From contig NC_057718.1 in NCBI RefSeq assembly GCF_004010195.1, positions 28,206,061-28,270,060 of the forward strand: a stretch of 64,000 bases of DNA, in the 5' to 3' direction. The DNA is from Chiloscyllium plagiosum (lineage: Eukaryota). A program made the position numbers and the translations under genes. Numbering within the stretch: position 1 is the first letter of the stretch; every line of letters starts with the position of its first letter. Below, in pieces: positions 50,076 through 62,493 of the stretch. The notes under the pieces were generated by a model that worked only from the letters and a program-made list of their open reading frames with translations, had not been told where the DNA came from and searched no databases.

Positions 50076-50899
50076 GCATGAGTGTTGTAAAGGATAGGAA
50101 AGAGATGTACAAGGCAAGGAGTTTGCAGACAACAATTCCAGACCAGAAGGAACATGTGGTGAATCGCAGCCACCAATGGTGAAGTGAATACATTGAGGCA
50201 AGAGGCCAGAATTAAAGGAGTCAGCTATCACAGAAGAATTTAAAGCTGAGGAGATGACAGACAGAAGGAAAGACAAATGAACCCTACCACAATTTTCTGA
50301 ACCTTTCTAATTCTCTTTCTCTTGAACTTGTTATTTGGTTCAGGTTGAGGCATGTATCTTATTGCATTGCCTGCTGTGTTTCCCAATGAATTTCATGTCT
50401 TTTCTAAATAAGATTTTCCTTTTGATCAGGTGATTGGAGAAATCATCAACCAATGTATCTGGAAAAAATAACACTATTTGGAATACTGGTGCCGTTTTCA
50501 TTCAATACTTGTGTTGGGTTGTTATTTGTAATGAGGTAAGTGATGCTTCATTGGCAGAGCATATTGAAACTTTCTCACTCCTTTAAGTACCACTTTCCTG
50601 ATTGACTCCTCGATCTGCCATCTGTTGACAAGGCCCATGAGATTAAACCTCAGAAAAATAATGTTTTATATTCATACCAAACAATCCTTACAATTGGATT
50701 GCATTTCTTAAAATAGAAGTACCCCTATTTAGAAATCTGAGGTGTGAATTGTTGATCTTGAAAATCTTGGATTAGTTCATAATAACAATGAGGATAAGCA
50801 TGTTCTAGAGAGAGGCTTCTCAATCCAGTCATCAAACTGAGCCACATAAGCAGATATTAGAGCAGATGACAAAGAGCTTAGTCAAAGAGGTAGCTTTTC

Positions 50900-51955
50900 A
50901 CCAGATGCACAGAATTATGACAGTACAGAAGGAGGTCAAATGTCCCATTATCTCCGCAGCAGCACTCTGAATAAGGATGGCAGCCAAAGCCATTCTCCTG
51001 CCATTTCCCCTTTCATATAACCATCGAGATCCCATTTTAATGTTTTGACCGAACCTATCACTAGCACACTCTGAGGCACTGCATTCCACAGCCTGACCAC
51101 TCTCTGTGAGAAGCAGGTTTCTCTGATTAAAACAAAAATTGTGGATATTGGAGTCTGAAACAAACTCAGAAAATGCTAGAGAAACTCCGCAGGTCTGGCA
51201 ATGTGTGGAGAGAGGTACACAGTTAATGCTTTGAGTCTGGTATGACTCTTCTGAAATTTCTCTCGCTATTTTGCACTGTTTTGCTAATTACTTTAAATCC
51301 TTCCTCGTTTGTTCTTGATCCTTTCACCAGTAGAAACAGTTACTCCTTTGCTACTCTGTCCAGAGCCCTTGAAAGTTTGAGTATGTCGATCAGATCTTAC
51401 TCCCTGTCTTCTCTTTTCCAAGGAAAGCAGTCTTCATATCCCAAATCTATCTTCATAACTGAAGTTCGTCGTCCCTTAAGTGCTTCCTTAAGTGCTGCTC
51501 CCAACACTCTGGCTGAGGCAGAAGTTGTCCTTATCTAAGTTTAACGTCAGCTCCTTGCTGTAATACACCATGATCCAACTGATTCTCCATGCTTTTGTTT
51601 CAACCTGTCCTCCTTCCTTCAAAGACTTATGCATGTGTGCACTCAGCTAGCTCTGTTTCTGCAGCCCCTTTAGAATTGTCCCCTTAGTTTTAGATATTTC
51701 AAATACACTTGACATGAAGGTGTTCTCACGCAACTCTGGAGCAGGTGAGTCTGGTGCCTTTGTTTTATGCTGTTTCACTAGTTAGTTCTTCTTAATGAAA
51801 TACATCACTTCACATTTCTTTGCATTGAAGTTCACTTGCCAGCTCTTCACCCATTCCTTCATTGTTTATGTTCTTTGAAGTTTTGTACTAGCTCCTTGCA
51901 GCTTGCAAGAGTGTTAATTGTCATATCCTCTGCAAATTTAAAATATTAACCCTTT
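50900..51955 (-). mobile_element. Decayed CR1 fragment containing a Penelope-like unit (51133-51255)
   Basis: FSQRVVRLWNAVP; inner unit has stem GAGTC-ATACCA-GACTC on the minus strand. Confidence 0.7.
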
Positions 51956-52945
51956 TCTTAAAGGATGAAAGTGAGGTTAAAAAGGTGAAAAGATTTAGAT
52001 TAGGAATCAATGGAGCTTCAGTCTTTGGCATCTGAAGACAAAGTTGCCAGTGGTGAGTGATTACAATTGGAGATGAGCAAAAGGCCAGAAGGGGAGGAGA
52101 ACAGGTGACTTGGTAGGTTGTGGAGCTAACAATATACAGTTAATGGACCATGGAAGAATTTAAAAGCGAGTCATTGTTCAACTGGGATTCAGTGCATGCC
52201 AGCAAGCATAAGAGTGGTGTGTAAAAGCATTAGGATATGGGCAGAAGAGATTTCTATCATTTTACAGAGTGTGGAAGGTGGGAATTGAGGCAAGACTGCA
52301 TGGTAATAGTCAAGTCTGTAAGTTGCTAAGGCGTGGTTAAATCATTCAGCAGGAGTTGTGCTGAGGCAGGGATAGAGTGGAAGCAGTCTTAGCAATGGGA
52401 CAGACATGTGCCCGGAAACTCATCTTAAGGGAAGTCAAATAATAACTCCAAGACTGCAAACAATCTTCTCCAGCCTCAAATTGTTGCCAGGCAGATGGTA
52501 ATTAGGGAGCAGAGTTTGTGGCAGGGATGAACGATCAAGCCTCCATCTTCCCAATATTTAGCTGGAGGAAGTTTCTGCTCAACCAGCGCTGGATGTCAGA
52601 CACCACCCTGACAATTTAGAAACAGTGGAGGAGATCAGTGGTGAATTAGAACCTATGTTCTGTTTTTGGATGATTTTATGGAGCAGTAACTGGAAGATGG
52701 AGTCAAGGATTGATTGTGGAGAGACTCCAGGTGTAATGAAACAAAAGAGAGAAGAGAAGCCATACCAGTTGATTAAAATGACAATGATGGGATAGATAAA
52801 GTCAGAGGAGAACAGATGAGCTTCTCTGGATGATGGAAGAGATGCATCAGAGCGGGATGGAGGAGAAGTGTGAAAGGCCGCAGAAAGCGCTGAAAGACGA
52901 GGAGGGTTAGTTTACCAGAGTCACAGTCACATGGGATGAGATTTG
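51956..52945 (-). mobile_element. Decayed L2-like LINE
   Basis: Continues the L2-like piece at about 50825-50898; similar to 40386-40780. Confidence 0.6.
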
Positions 52946-53330
52946 TGTTTGATTAGAGCCATTTTGTATTCTGGCAGGAACGAACACATGATCAGGGGAA
53001 TTCAAGCACGTTTTCATACTCCAAATGTCAAGTTGTGCTTGAGGAAGATTAAATATCTGGTCGACATGGACGGGTTGGACCAAAGGGTCTGTTTCTATGC
53101 TGTGCATCTCAATGACTCTAAATTGTTTTCTTCTTGCTGAATACTCTTTAGCCTGCATCAATAACCTCAGTCCTTAGGCAGCATCTTCGCTTCCCAACTC
53201 ATTCAGTTTCAGCAGTCACTTATAACACTGACATGGCAACGTTTCCTCCACTCTTTCACCACAGTTGCTGCTTATGCATTTTACTATATGCCAAAAACAT
53301 AAAGAAAGAATTTGACTATATATTGTCTTT

Positions 53331-53544
53331 GAGGAGAAAGTGAGGACTGCAGATGCTGGAGATCAGAGCTGAAAATGTGTTGCTGGAAAAGCGCAGCAGG
53401 TCAGGCAGCGTCCAAGGAACAGGAGAATCGACGTTTCGGGCATAAGCCCTTCTTCCTGAAAAAGGGCTTATGCCCGAAACGTCGATTCTCCTGTTCCTTG
53501 GATGCTGCCTGACCTGCTGCGCTTTTCCAGCAACACATTTTCAG
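53331..53544. mobile_element. Fold-back Penelope-like hammerhead unit, 15-bp TSD
   Basis: 85-bp inverted arms (53367-53451, 53462-53546, one mismatch); TSD CTATATATTGTCTTT at 53316-53330 and 53545-53559. Confidence 0.92.
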
Positions 53545-54109
53545 CTATATATTGTCTTTCACTTCCATGGTCCATTTGAATCTCTTGACAGTTAGTAAAA
53601 TTCTTGAAGTGTAGACACTGTCATAATGTTGGAAAACCCAGCAGCAGTCTCCCCATATCATGTTTAATGTGAAAATCAAGGTTCAGCAGCATAGGGCTTC
53701 AGCTACTCTCTTAGATAGGGCCAGGTCAGAACCTGTGCCATGTAGAGATAGTCCCATTGGTGATGGAAGAGTAAATGTTGACTCAGGTAGGTGATAAATT
53801 AGTTTTGTGAAAATAAGCCACAATGTTGAAGACCTGTCTACCTCTCCTTTCCCCTCCCTCACTTCACCACCACCCCAACATCCCCAACAACTTAACCTTA
53901 GGCAGGCAGCAACGGCCCAGTCTCCCAGTTTCAGTCTGATGAACTGTGTTGGGACACATGCTACATTCAGGGCATAAAACTGATGGTGGGGGCCAGTGCA
54001 GAGCCCTTTCACAACTGACGTCATTAGAATTTCCCTTTTGGGTGAAAACTGTTGTGGGATATTTCTAAAGGCAGTCCAAAGACACTTAGGCCCCAAGCAA
54101 ATATCAAAG

Positions 54110-54710
54110 ATGTCCATGCTCATTACTGCCAGAGGTCCACTAGGTGCCACATTGGTTCAAGTAAAAATACTGCTTGTGGATCTCCTCTGTTACTCAGTCA
54201 TCTTCATACTTACAGATTTCAATACTCCATCTTCAACTCTCCAGCTCATACGACATCTGTGAGCACCCAATCCTATTCACTGTCTGTCCTCTCCCTGCTG
54301 GTCATCTTTGGCTTCTGAGCCTACAACACCTCAAACATTAAATATTCAATCCCATGTTTCATGGGCTAGCCTCTTTCTTCTCTCTTTGCAACTGTCTTCA
54401 AGCCCATAGCAGCCCTTAATCCCCAGGGCACAAAACTGTCTCTGTTTGGCACGGATCTTCTTTTGTCCAGTTTTTACCAGATGGGTTTTCACATGATTAT
54501 GCCTATAGTCTGGAATTTCCTCCCTGAACCTGCTGTCTACCTCTCTGGTTGCAAGATATTCCTTAACTCCCATTATTTTGACAAATCTTTTGATCACTTC
54601 CTAATGTTTGAGTTGGCAATGAACTTTTTTGTGACCTACTCTTCTGTGAAGCACCTTGGGATTCTTAGTTCTTACAGGCAAGATGCTTTAGAAATGTATG
54701 GCATTGTTGT
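54110..54710 (+). mobile_element. L2-like fragments (endonuclease remnant and 3' end)
   Basis: IFILTDFN remnant; terminus TGTGAAGCACCTTGGGA...GATGCTTTAGAAATG...TTGTTGT. Confidence 0.55.
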
Positions 54711-56951
54711 TTTCTTTTTAATAGTGCCAAGGCCAGACTGGGCATTTGCTAATCTCAAAACTCCAGATGGAGAAGGAGAAATGGGTGAAGGGACAATGAC
54801 GGAAGATCTCATGTTATGCCAAATTGGCTACAGCAGCTGCAAAACAATCTTGTACCACCCTGAATCCTTGGAGCATAAGCAAGTAGGTTTTTTTGTCAGA
54901 CACTTAATTTAGCTAATTGACTTTAGAGCACATGTAAGTGTTTTGAAATAGATGAGGAAAATATGTTACGGAGCAACATGAAAGACGTCAGGTCCTTTGT
55001 AATTCCATAAGAGAATAGAAATGTTTGAAGCAGGGCATATATAGATTTAGAATCATCATGTACCTGTGTTCTATACTTAAGGGAAGTATTCTGACAAACC
55101 TGGACTCAAACATCTGTACCCAATCCATGTCAAAAAGCTGTGGTCATTTAACCTCCAGTGGTTGTTTTATGAATAGCGGGTTTTAATATTTCAATGTAAC
55201 GCAGCACAGGCAACACAAATGCCCTGGAATACCCAAAATACTGGCATGGAGTATGAACCATCTTTGGTGCTGTGATGGAGGACATTACAGGGCACAGTGC
55301 TTGAAAACCGGAATGCAGAATCTCAAATAGTAAAGAATTCTCCTCTCCTTAGAATTTATGGGGAGCATGGCACTAGAAAACCCATCAGATCAAGTATCCA
55401 TCGAACACTGTGTAGCAGCAATACACCCAAGACTCTGTCTCCTGCACTGCAGCCATGAAGACTAGAGCCAGCACAAATACATATGGCTCTTTAGAGGAAG
55501 ATTGTGGGGTGAAATGTTAACAGGGATAGGAAGGTCAGAGGAGACAGAAGCAAGAGCAGGAGAGTAGCTTTCTGTGATCAGATCATACCCCAATCCATGC
55601 TCCCAATATCCTCCAGGCTGGGGGAAAAAATCCAACAACTTTCAGCAGTTCCCCACCTTCCTTTCTCTAAGCCCACCTCCAGGCAGCTGATAAAATTCTA
55701 CAAATAAGCCTCATTATTCAGGCACAGATATTGAACATGGACTACCCAAACTTCTGTCATTCAGTTTATCTGAATGGAAAGGAACTATAGATTACAGCAC
55801 AGAAAGTGGCCCTTCAGCCCAACATATCCAGCACTGCTGAACAAACCAGCTGCCATTCTGATCTCCCTTTCCAGCACTGGGAATGTAGCGTTGAAGGTTA
55901 CATCACTGCAGGGGGCAGAACCAAGTTACTTTTAAATGAGTTAAGTTGCTTTGCCTAGACCCCCAAACTGGACAGTGAATTCCAAACACTCACCATCCTC
56001 TGGATGGAAAAGGTTTTCCTCATGATCCCATGAATCCTTTTCATAATTCATTTTAAGTCTGTACCATCTGGTACTCGATCTCTCCACTAAGGAAAACAGG
56101 CTGCACTTCTCTATTGTCTCTAAGCTCCTTGTTTCTAAAAAGAACTGACTCAAGCTACAAAAGAACAGTGGAAGCCAGCCATTAATTACCCAAATATAGC
56201 TCTCCTATTTTGTATTGACTGTTTGCACCTAAATATGTACTTCATTTTTCTTTCCCTGTACCTTGGGTATTGACCTAAACAAACACTGCTCATCATTTTA
56301 TTGACAGAAAGTTCACTATATTATAACAGAAAATTTAATGTGGAGGAGTTTGGCACAATTCAGTTTGATAGGAATCATTTCAGGAGAGGGTTTTGATCTT
56401 AGCTGATAGTAATCTTGGAAAGGTCAGATTCTAGAATGAAGCCTGGATTGGTAGATTATGTACTTAATACTTGCCATTGGTTAACATTGTGGTGAGTCAC
56501 TGAAACAGTTTACAGATGCTCTTTAACAACAAAATGTAGCTTTGTTACATGGAAGCAAACAAATTAAACAAAGCTATATATGTGCAAGTCTGTTAGAAAG
56601 ATCTTATCACAAACATCAAAACAAAGTTCCAACTTGTTTCTAAACACCATCCATTACAGATACTCAATCCCAGAAAGTTCTGAGGGCCCTGTTAAAGTGG
56701 GAGTACAGCTGTTGTATCTTGGTGACAGTTCCATGGCAGCTATTCCTGTCTCAGAGTTTGCAAATCTAAAATTTGAACTCATAGGTCCAAACACATTCCT
56801 GACCCCACTTTGGTAAACCTGATGCAGGCTATCAAATTTGGTCAAGTGTATGATCTTTGATTGTCAGTCAAACAACCTTCTTCTTTTCCCAGGTCCAATA
56901 AGCAAAAGTGTTAAAAATGCAAAATTGCAAATGTTCCCAATTACTTTTCTT

Positions 56952-57210
56952 CCAGGTGATCCAGTGGACTCAAAACATTCATTCTGATTTCTTTTCACAG
57001 CTGCTACCAAACCTGCTGAGCTTTTCCAGCAATTTCTGGTTTTGTTTCTGATTTACAGCATCTGCAGTACTTCTGGTTTTGTTTAGCATTCTAGATTTAG
57101 ATGTAGCACTCACTGCTACATCTCTTCGGGGCATGTCCACCTTGAAGAAGTTCTGCTCCTCTCTCCAATGGGATTTCTGGTCCTATCTTTTTTTCTTGTC
57201 CACCAACATT
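56952..57210 (+). mobile_element. Penelope-like unit (family B) followed by possible internal Penelope sequence
   Basis: GTGGACTCAAAACATT...ACCTGCTGAGCTTTTCCAGC...TTTACAGCATCTGCAG, then CACCTTGAAGAAGTTCTGCTCCTC. Confidence 0.6.
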
Positions 57211-57339
57211 AATTTCACTGTCACTGCTGATTCTTTTGGTTTTTATTCTGTACTGCATAATGAAGCATGTTTAACAAATCTTCTCAGAGTAAAAGATCCC
57301 CGAAGATTTGTAGAATTTAGCATTCTGTTTGAAAGTGAG

Positions 57340-59415
57340 AAACTTGGGTCAGAAATAACTGCTAAACGTAAATTAGACTAATTACAAAGGAATGGGACAG
57401 AATTCGCTACAGTGGATTGGGCAGGGGATCCAGCAAAAAAGACAGTTGATGAACAATGACAAATGCTTGAGAAAATAGTTCACAATTCACAACAAAGATA
57501 TATCCCAGTGCATTCTAGGACAAGAATAAACCAATCATCATTAACCAAAGACAATAAGGATAATATCAAGTGAAAACAAAATTACATACAATGTGCCAAA
57601 GATTAGTGATAAATCAAGGATTGGGAAAGTTTAAGAACAAGTTCAAAATCAAACAAAAATAACCAAAAGATAAAGACAGAGAAAATAAACTACCTGGGTA
57701 AACTAGCCATCATATAAAAATGGACAGTGAGGGCTTTTTTTTAATATTTAAAAGATTTAGAGAGTCCGAAGTAAACATTAGCCCCTTAAAGAATGAGGTT
57801 GGGGAAATAATAATGGGGAACTACGAAATGGCAGAGGAATTGAATAAATATTTTGCATCAATTTTCACTGTAGAACATATTAATAGTGTTCCAAAAATGC
57901 TAAACAATCAAGAGGCAAAGGCGGGGATGAGGGGAATTTAATAAATAAATACAATAACTAACACTAGAGAAAAAGTAGGAGGGAAAAAGTAGGGCGAAAA
58001 GCCAATAGGTTCCCGAGACCTGAAGGTTTGCATTCTGAGATATAAAAGAAGTAACTACAGAGATAATGGATGCACTGGTAGTAATAATCTTCCAGGAATT
58101 CTTAGGTTCTGAAAAAGTCCCAGAGAATTAGGAAACTGCCAATGTAACACCCTTATTCAAAGTGTGCGGGACACATAAACAGATATCTATCAACCAGTTA
58201 GCTTAACACCTGTCATTAAGAAAATATTAGAAGCTCTTATAAAGGATGTAATAGAATTATTCAATATAATCAAACAGTATCAACATGGCTTCATGAAGGA
58301 GAAATCATGCAAACAAACATATTAGAATTATTTGAGGAGGTAATTGGGAGAATAGATAAAGGGGAACCATAGATGTGCTGTATTTGGATTTCCAAAAGGC
58401 ATTCAATATGATACCACACAGTAGCCTACATGAGACAAAAGCTCATAAGTAGAATATTAGGATAGAATAGAATATTAACATGGTTGGAGGATTAGCTAGC
58501 TAAGAGAAGAGTGCAACTAATGGAATGCCACATGGATCAATGCTGGGGACCAAAATGAATGCACTATTGTTAAGGTTGACATAAAATAGGTGGGAAGGCA
58601 AGTGGTAAGGATGACATGATTGGTCTGTAGAGAGATACAGACAGTTTAAGTGAGGGGGCAAAAACTTGGCAGATGAAATATAATGTGGGAAAATGTTCAG
58701 GTTATGCACAGAGAAAGACGAGAGAAAGCTGTCCTTGTGCATGAATCCCAAACAAACTAGCATCCAAATAGTTAATGGGGAAGTCAAATGGAACTTTGGC
58801 CTTTATTACAAAGGCAAATAGAGTATAAAAAAGGGAAGTTTTGCTAAAACAATATAAGGCAATATTTGTACCTCATCTGCAACACTGTGAACAGTTTTGG
58901 TCACCATATCTAAAGAACATTTTACTGATGTTGGAGGCAGTCCTAAGAAGGTTCACTCAGTTGATCCTAGGTATGGAAGGATTTTGTTTATGAGGAGAGG
59001 TTGAGTAGGTTAGACCTGTGCTCATTTGAGTTTAATGAAAGGTAATCTCATTGAAACATATAGCATTCTTAGGGGGCTTGAAAGGGTTAATGTTAAGAGA
59101 TTATTTCTCCTTGTGGGACAGTCTAGGAGTAAAGGGCATAGTCTTAGAGTAAGTGGTTTCCCAGTTAGGACAAAGATGAGGAGGAATTCCTTCTCTCCGA
59201 GTCTAGTGAATCTGTGCAATTCCTTACTGCAACACGTTGTAGAGATTGTGTTCTTAAGTAAACAGATTTTTAATCAGTAAGGGAATCAAGGGTTGGGGGA
59301 AAAGGCAGGAAGATGTAGTTAATGAAAATCAGATCAGTCATTGATTTCAGTGAATGGTGGGGTAGACTGGATGGGCTGAATAGCCTATTTCTGTTCCTAC
59401 GTCTCATGGTCTTAT
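57340..59415 (+). mobile_element. Old degenerate CR1 ORF2 and 3' UTR
   Basis: MAEELNKYFASIFT, YLDFQKAF, GNLIETYSILRGL, RRNSFSPSLVNLCNSL. Confidence 0.88.
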
Positions 59416-60234
59416 ACATGATTTTCTGCCTCTGTATGTTTCTGAGGTCTCTTTGAGTGTTTATTTGTGTTTACTGTTGATGTCATTGCCTGCCACTGAG
59501 TATAACATTGCATTTGATGGTGTATGTTACTGTGCATTAATCTGTTCTTATGTGTAGACATTTCCAGAGGCAGAATTTAAACCTGTCAATTTGGAGAGTC
59601 AGATTCAGGTGTAGTGGACGTGTTAAAGATCCAGAGAGGAACATGCTATACTTGCTGATTCAGTGTACATTCAGGTTTAACCTTAGTGGGGGTTGTGGGG
59701 AGGGGGGTTCTTGTGAGTGGGGAACCCTGACCACCCACCACATGTAACTCTCCAGTAAATAATTAAAATATTCTGAAAAAAGCACTTCACTACTAATTGA
59801 AGCCAGCATTCTGGCTTTAACAGCCAGCACACAGATTTCTCATGTTCCGTGTAACTCACCAGCCCCTGGAAGAGTGTTTCTTTGTGTGAAATTGCCTGAC
59901 TGGGAAATTGACAAGAAGTGAAATTGAAATGCTGCAGCCCTGTCTGACTGAGCAACTAATGCTGCTAGAATTTCTGAGAATGAGCTGTTACCAACAACTG
60001 ACTTCCAATTCCTTCGAACTCATTTCAACTGACTTAGAGCTCACTCACCATGACCTGAATTTTGCTGCAGGTAACCGTCAGTGCGAGGCATGTGTGTTAG
60101 ACCTGGCACCAAGTTGAGGGTGAATCTGAATATTGCCTGCTCATGTCTGGAGAGGAATGGGGAGGGGCAGAGAGATGATTGGAGCAGTAAGGTATATGGC
60201 CCGGGTAGTGTTGTGCAGGACAATTCCGGGGAAG

Positions 60235-60510
60235 TCAGTGTGCACGAGGGTTGCCGTCTGAACAAGTTATGCCACCCCACCTTTTCCACTTTCTCTGCTC
60301 CTTGAAACTCTTGGGACATTGTGTCCAGGTTTGAGGGGTCACTGGCTTCCTGCTCACATCCTCTATCACTTCTTTCCATGACAGTTTGGTGTGAGAGGCT
60401 GCCCTCTTCCTCCTGTCTTTGGGAATCACCCACTCATTACAGTCCCTCAGATCCTGCAACAGAAACTTCAGGAAAGATTCTGAAACACAGTGTGTGGGGC
60501 TCCTTTCCAC
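60235..60510 (-). pseudogene. Myb/SANT-like DNA-binding domain remnant (Harbinger/MSANTD-type)
   Basis: SESFLKFLLQDLR...PKDRRKRAASHTKLSWKEVIEDVS...PQTWTQCPKSF fits the trihelix W..V...V.......TW.QC.K pattern. Confidence 0.7.
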
Positions 60511-60816
60511 CCTGCTGTAGTTGAAACTTCAGGAAGCAATATATAGTTCAGTCATTCTGAACTGTCATATTAGACATTCTTCCTTTAATAGATTCAGTGC
60601 ATGATCCCAACTACCCTCTCTGAGTGATTGGGAACCCCAATAATCGGATGCTAACATTGTGGCTGAGTTAAAGAGCCATAACAAAACTCATTTCAATATA
60701 AAACTGGTTCCCAATCCATCTGCAAGTCTATTTAGATTAAATGCAGTCCTATATTTTCAAATTGCTCGTGACTTTTTTTTGCTTTCCCCTCCTAAAATAA
60801 TCCTTATTGATACAAG

Positions 60817-61073
60817 TAGAACAAAGAACAAAGAACAAAGAAAATTTACAGCCCAGGAAGAGGCCCTTCGGCCCTCCAAGCCTGAGCCGATCCATATGTA
60901 CTATCTAAACCTGTCGGTCAATTCCTAAGCATCTGTATCCCTCTGCTCCCCACCTACTCATGCATCTGTCCAGACGCATCTTAAACAAATCTACCGTGCC
61001 TGCCTCTACCACCTCTGCTGGTCATGCGTTCCAAAAGCCCACCACCCTCTGTGTGAAGTACTTGCCGCATGTA
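60817..61073 (-). mobile_element. CR1 3' end
   Basis: (GAACAAA)n tail, AGGCCCTTCGGCCC, ACCACCCTCTGTGTGAAG. Confidence 0.85.
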
Positions 61074-62358
61074 TAAGCAAAGGCAACAGGTGCACTGGAG
61101 AAATATTGTGACTAAGATTCATTTGTTGTTCCTTCATCATTTCTATATTGCAATTTTGGAACTTCCTGCTTACTCTATTGTAACGTCTCTGTCACACGGA
61201 CTGCAGTGATTCAAGTAAAAACCTATCACCATCTTCACTGGGCAATAAGAATGCTGACCTTATACAGGATGACCTCAGCCTGAGATTGAACTAATAAAAT
61301 ACTTCTTTGAGTCAACATACTTGAACTGTCAAGTACATTTTTCTATTGTTTCTATGAACATTCAAACTACTTTCCAGGAAAGTACTGTGTTTGCAATTAT
61401 AAATCCCAGAAGACAGGCAAATCTCATCTCAGACACAGCACTGGATCTAAATAGATGACTAAATTCTCATTTTAAAATTTTTGACAGTGTTACTCATTCA
61501 CTCTAGATTTCATGTTTTAGTTTTCATAAAGAGAATGATGATAATTTGAATAGAGCATTTGAGTACTTCATTGAATAAAGATGACATGTGGGAGAAAGAG
61601 AGGAACATCAGACCGTGAAGATCTCAGACCAACAGTAATTCACTGGCACATCCTTCACCCAATGAGTCACTGATCTAATCCAGCCGCACATCAAGAAGTT
61701 AACCTTTGCATGTCCCTACAGTTACTATCTGCGCAATTTGTTTTTTGCTGCATGTGTTTTCATTGAACTCCATTCTTCTTTTAGATGTGGTCAAGGTTTG
61801 TAAAGGGGAGTCACAATAAGAATATTCTTTGTCTTTTTGGAATTTAGGATTAAATTTCCTTGGTCATCTATAGCACCAGTTAGACTCTCATAAAGAGTCT
61901 AATAACTTCAGTTTATCATGTTAACTATTTATACACTGAAATCCATGGGGTACTTCCAGCATCCGTCCTTTTCAAAAACTGGAACAGTCAAGGGGCAGAA
62001 TTATCTTCTCCCATCAGTGTCCCAATGGCAAAATTGAAAATACACAGGATTTCCACTAGGAGGCAGAGCAGCAGTCCACACAGGATGATATGACAGATAT
62101 GCAGAGGTGAAGGTCCCATGTTGTGGGGATGGGCAGGAAGTTGCTGGCACAGGTGTTAGCTCACAGATTCAAAAGTCTGGTCACCATATTGAAACAGCAT
62201 CTGGACAGGCATTTCCTTTTTGCCATTCAGCAGCATCAGTCTGGCTGTTTGTGAGGAGCTTGTGATCCCTGGATCTTACACAGTAACATTTTGTGAGGGG
62301 ATTCAGAGGTCTTAACCAGGGTCTTCATTCTGACCAGAATCTGGATGCAGTGGGAATG

Positions 62359-62493
62359 AAAAAGGAGAAAGTGAGGACTGCAGATGCTGGAGATCAGAGC
62401 TAAAAAATGTGTTGCTGGAAGAGCGCAGCAGGTCAGGCAGCATCCAAGGAGCAGGAGAATTGACGTTTCGGGCATAAGCCCTTCTTCAGGAAT
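62359..62493 (-). mobile_element. Penelope-like unit with intact hammerhead core, 11-bp TSD
   Basis: Minus ATTC-CTGAAGA-A-GGGC-TTAT-GCCC-GAAA-C-GTC; TSD CAGTGGGAATG at 62348-62358 and 62494-62504. Confidence 0.9.

Noticed and set aside
53683..54150. 155-aa minus-strand ORF
   Set aside because: Overlaps a decayed L2-like fragment and low-complexity DNA; no coherent domain.
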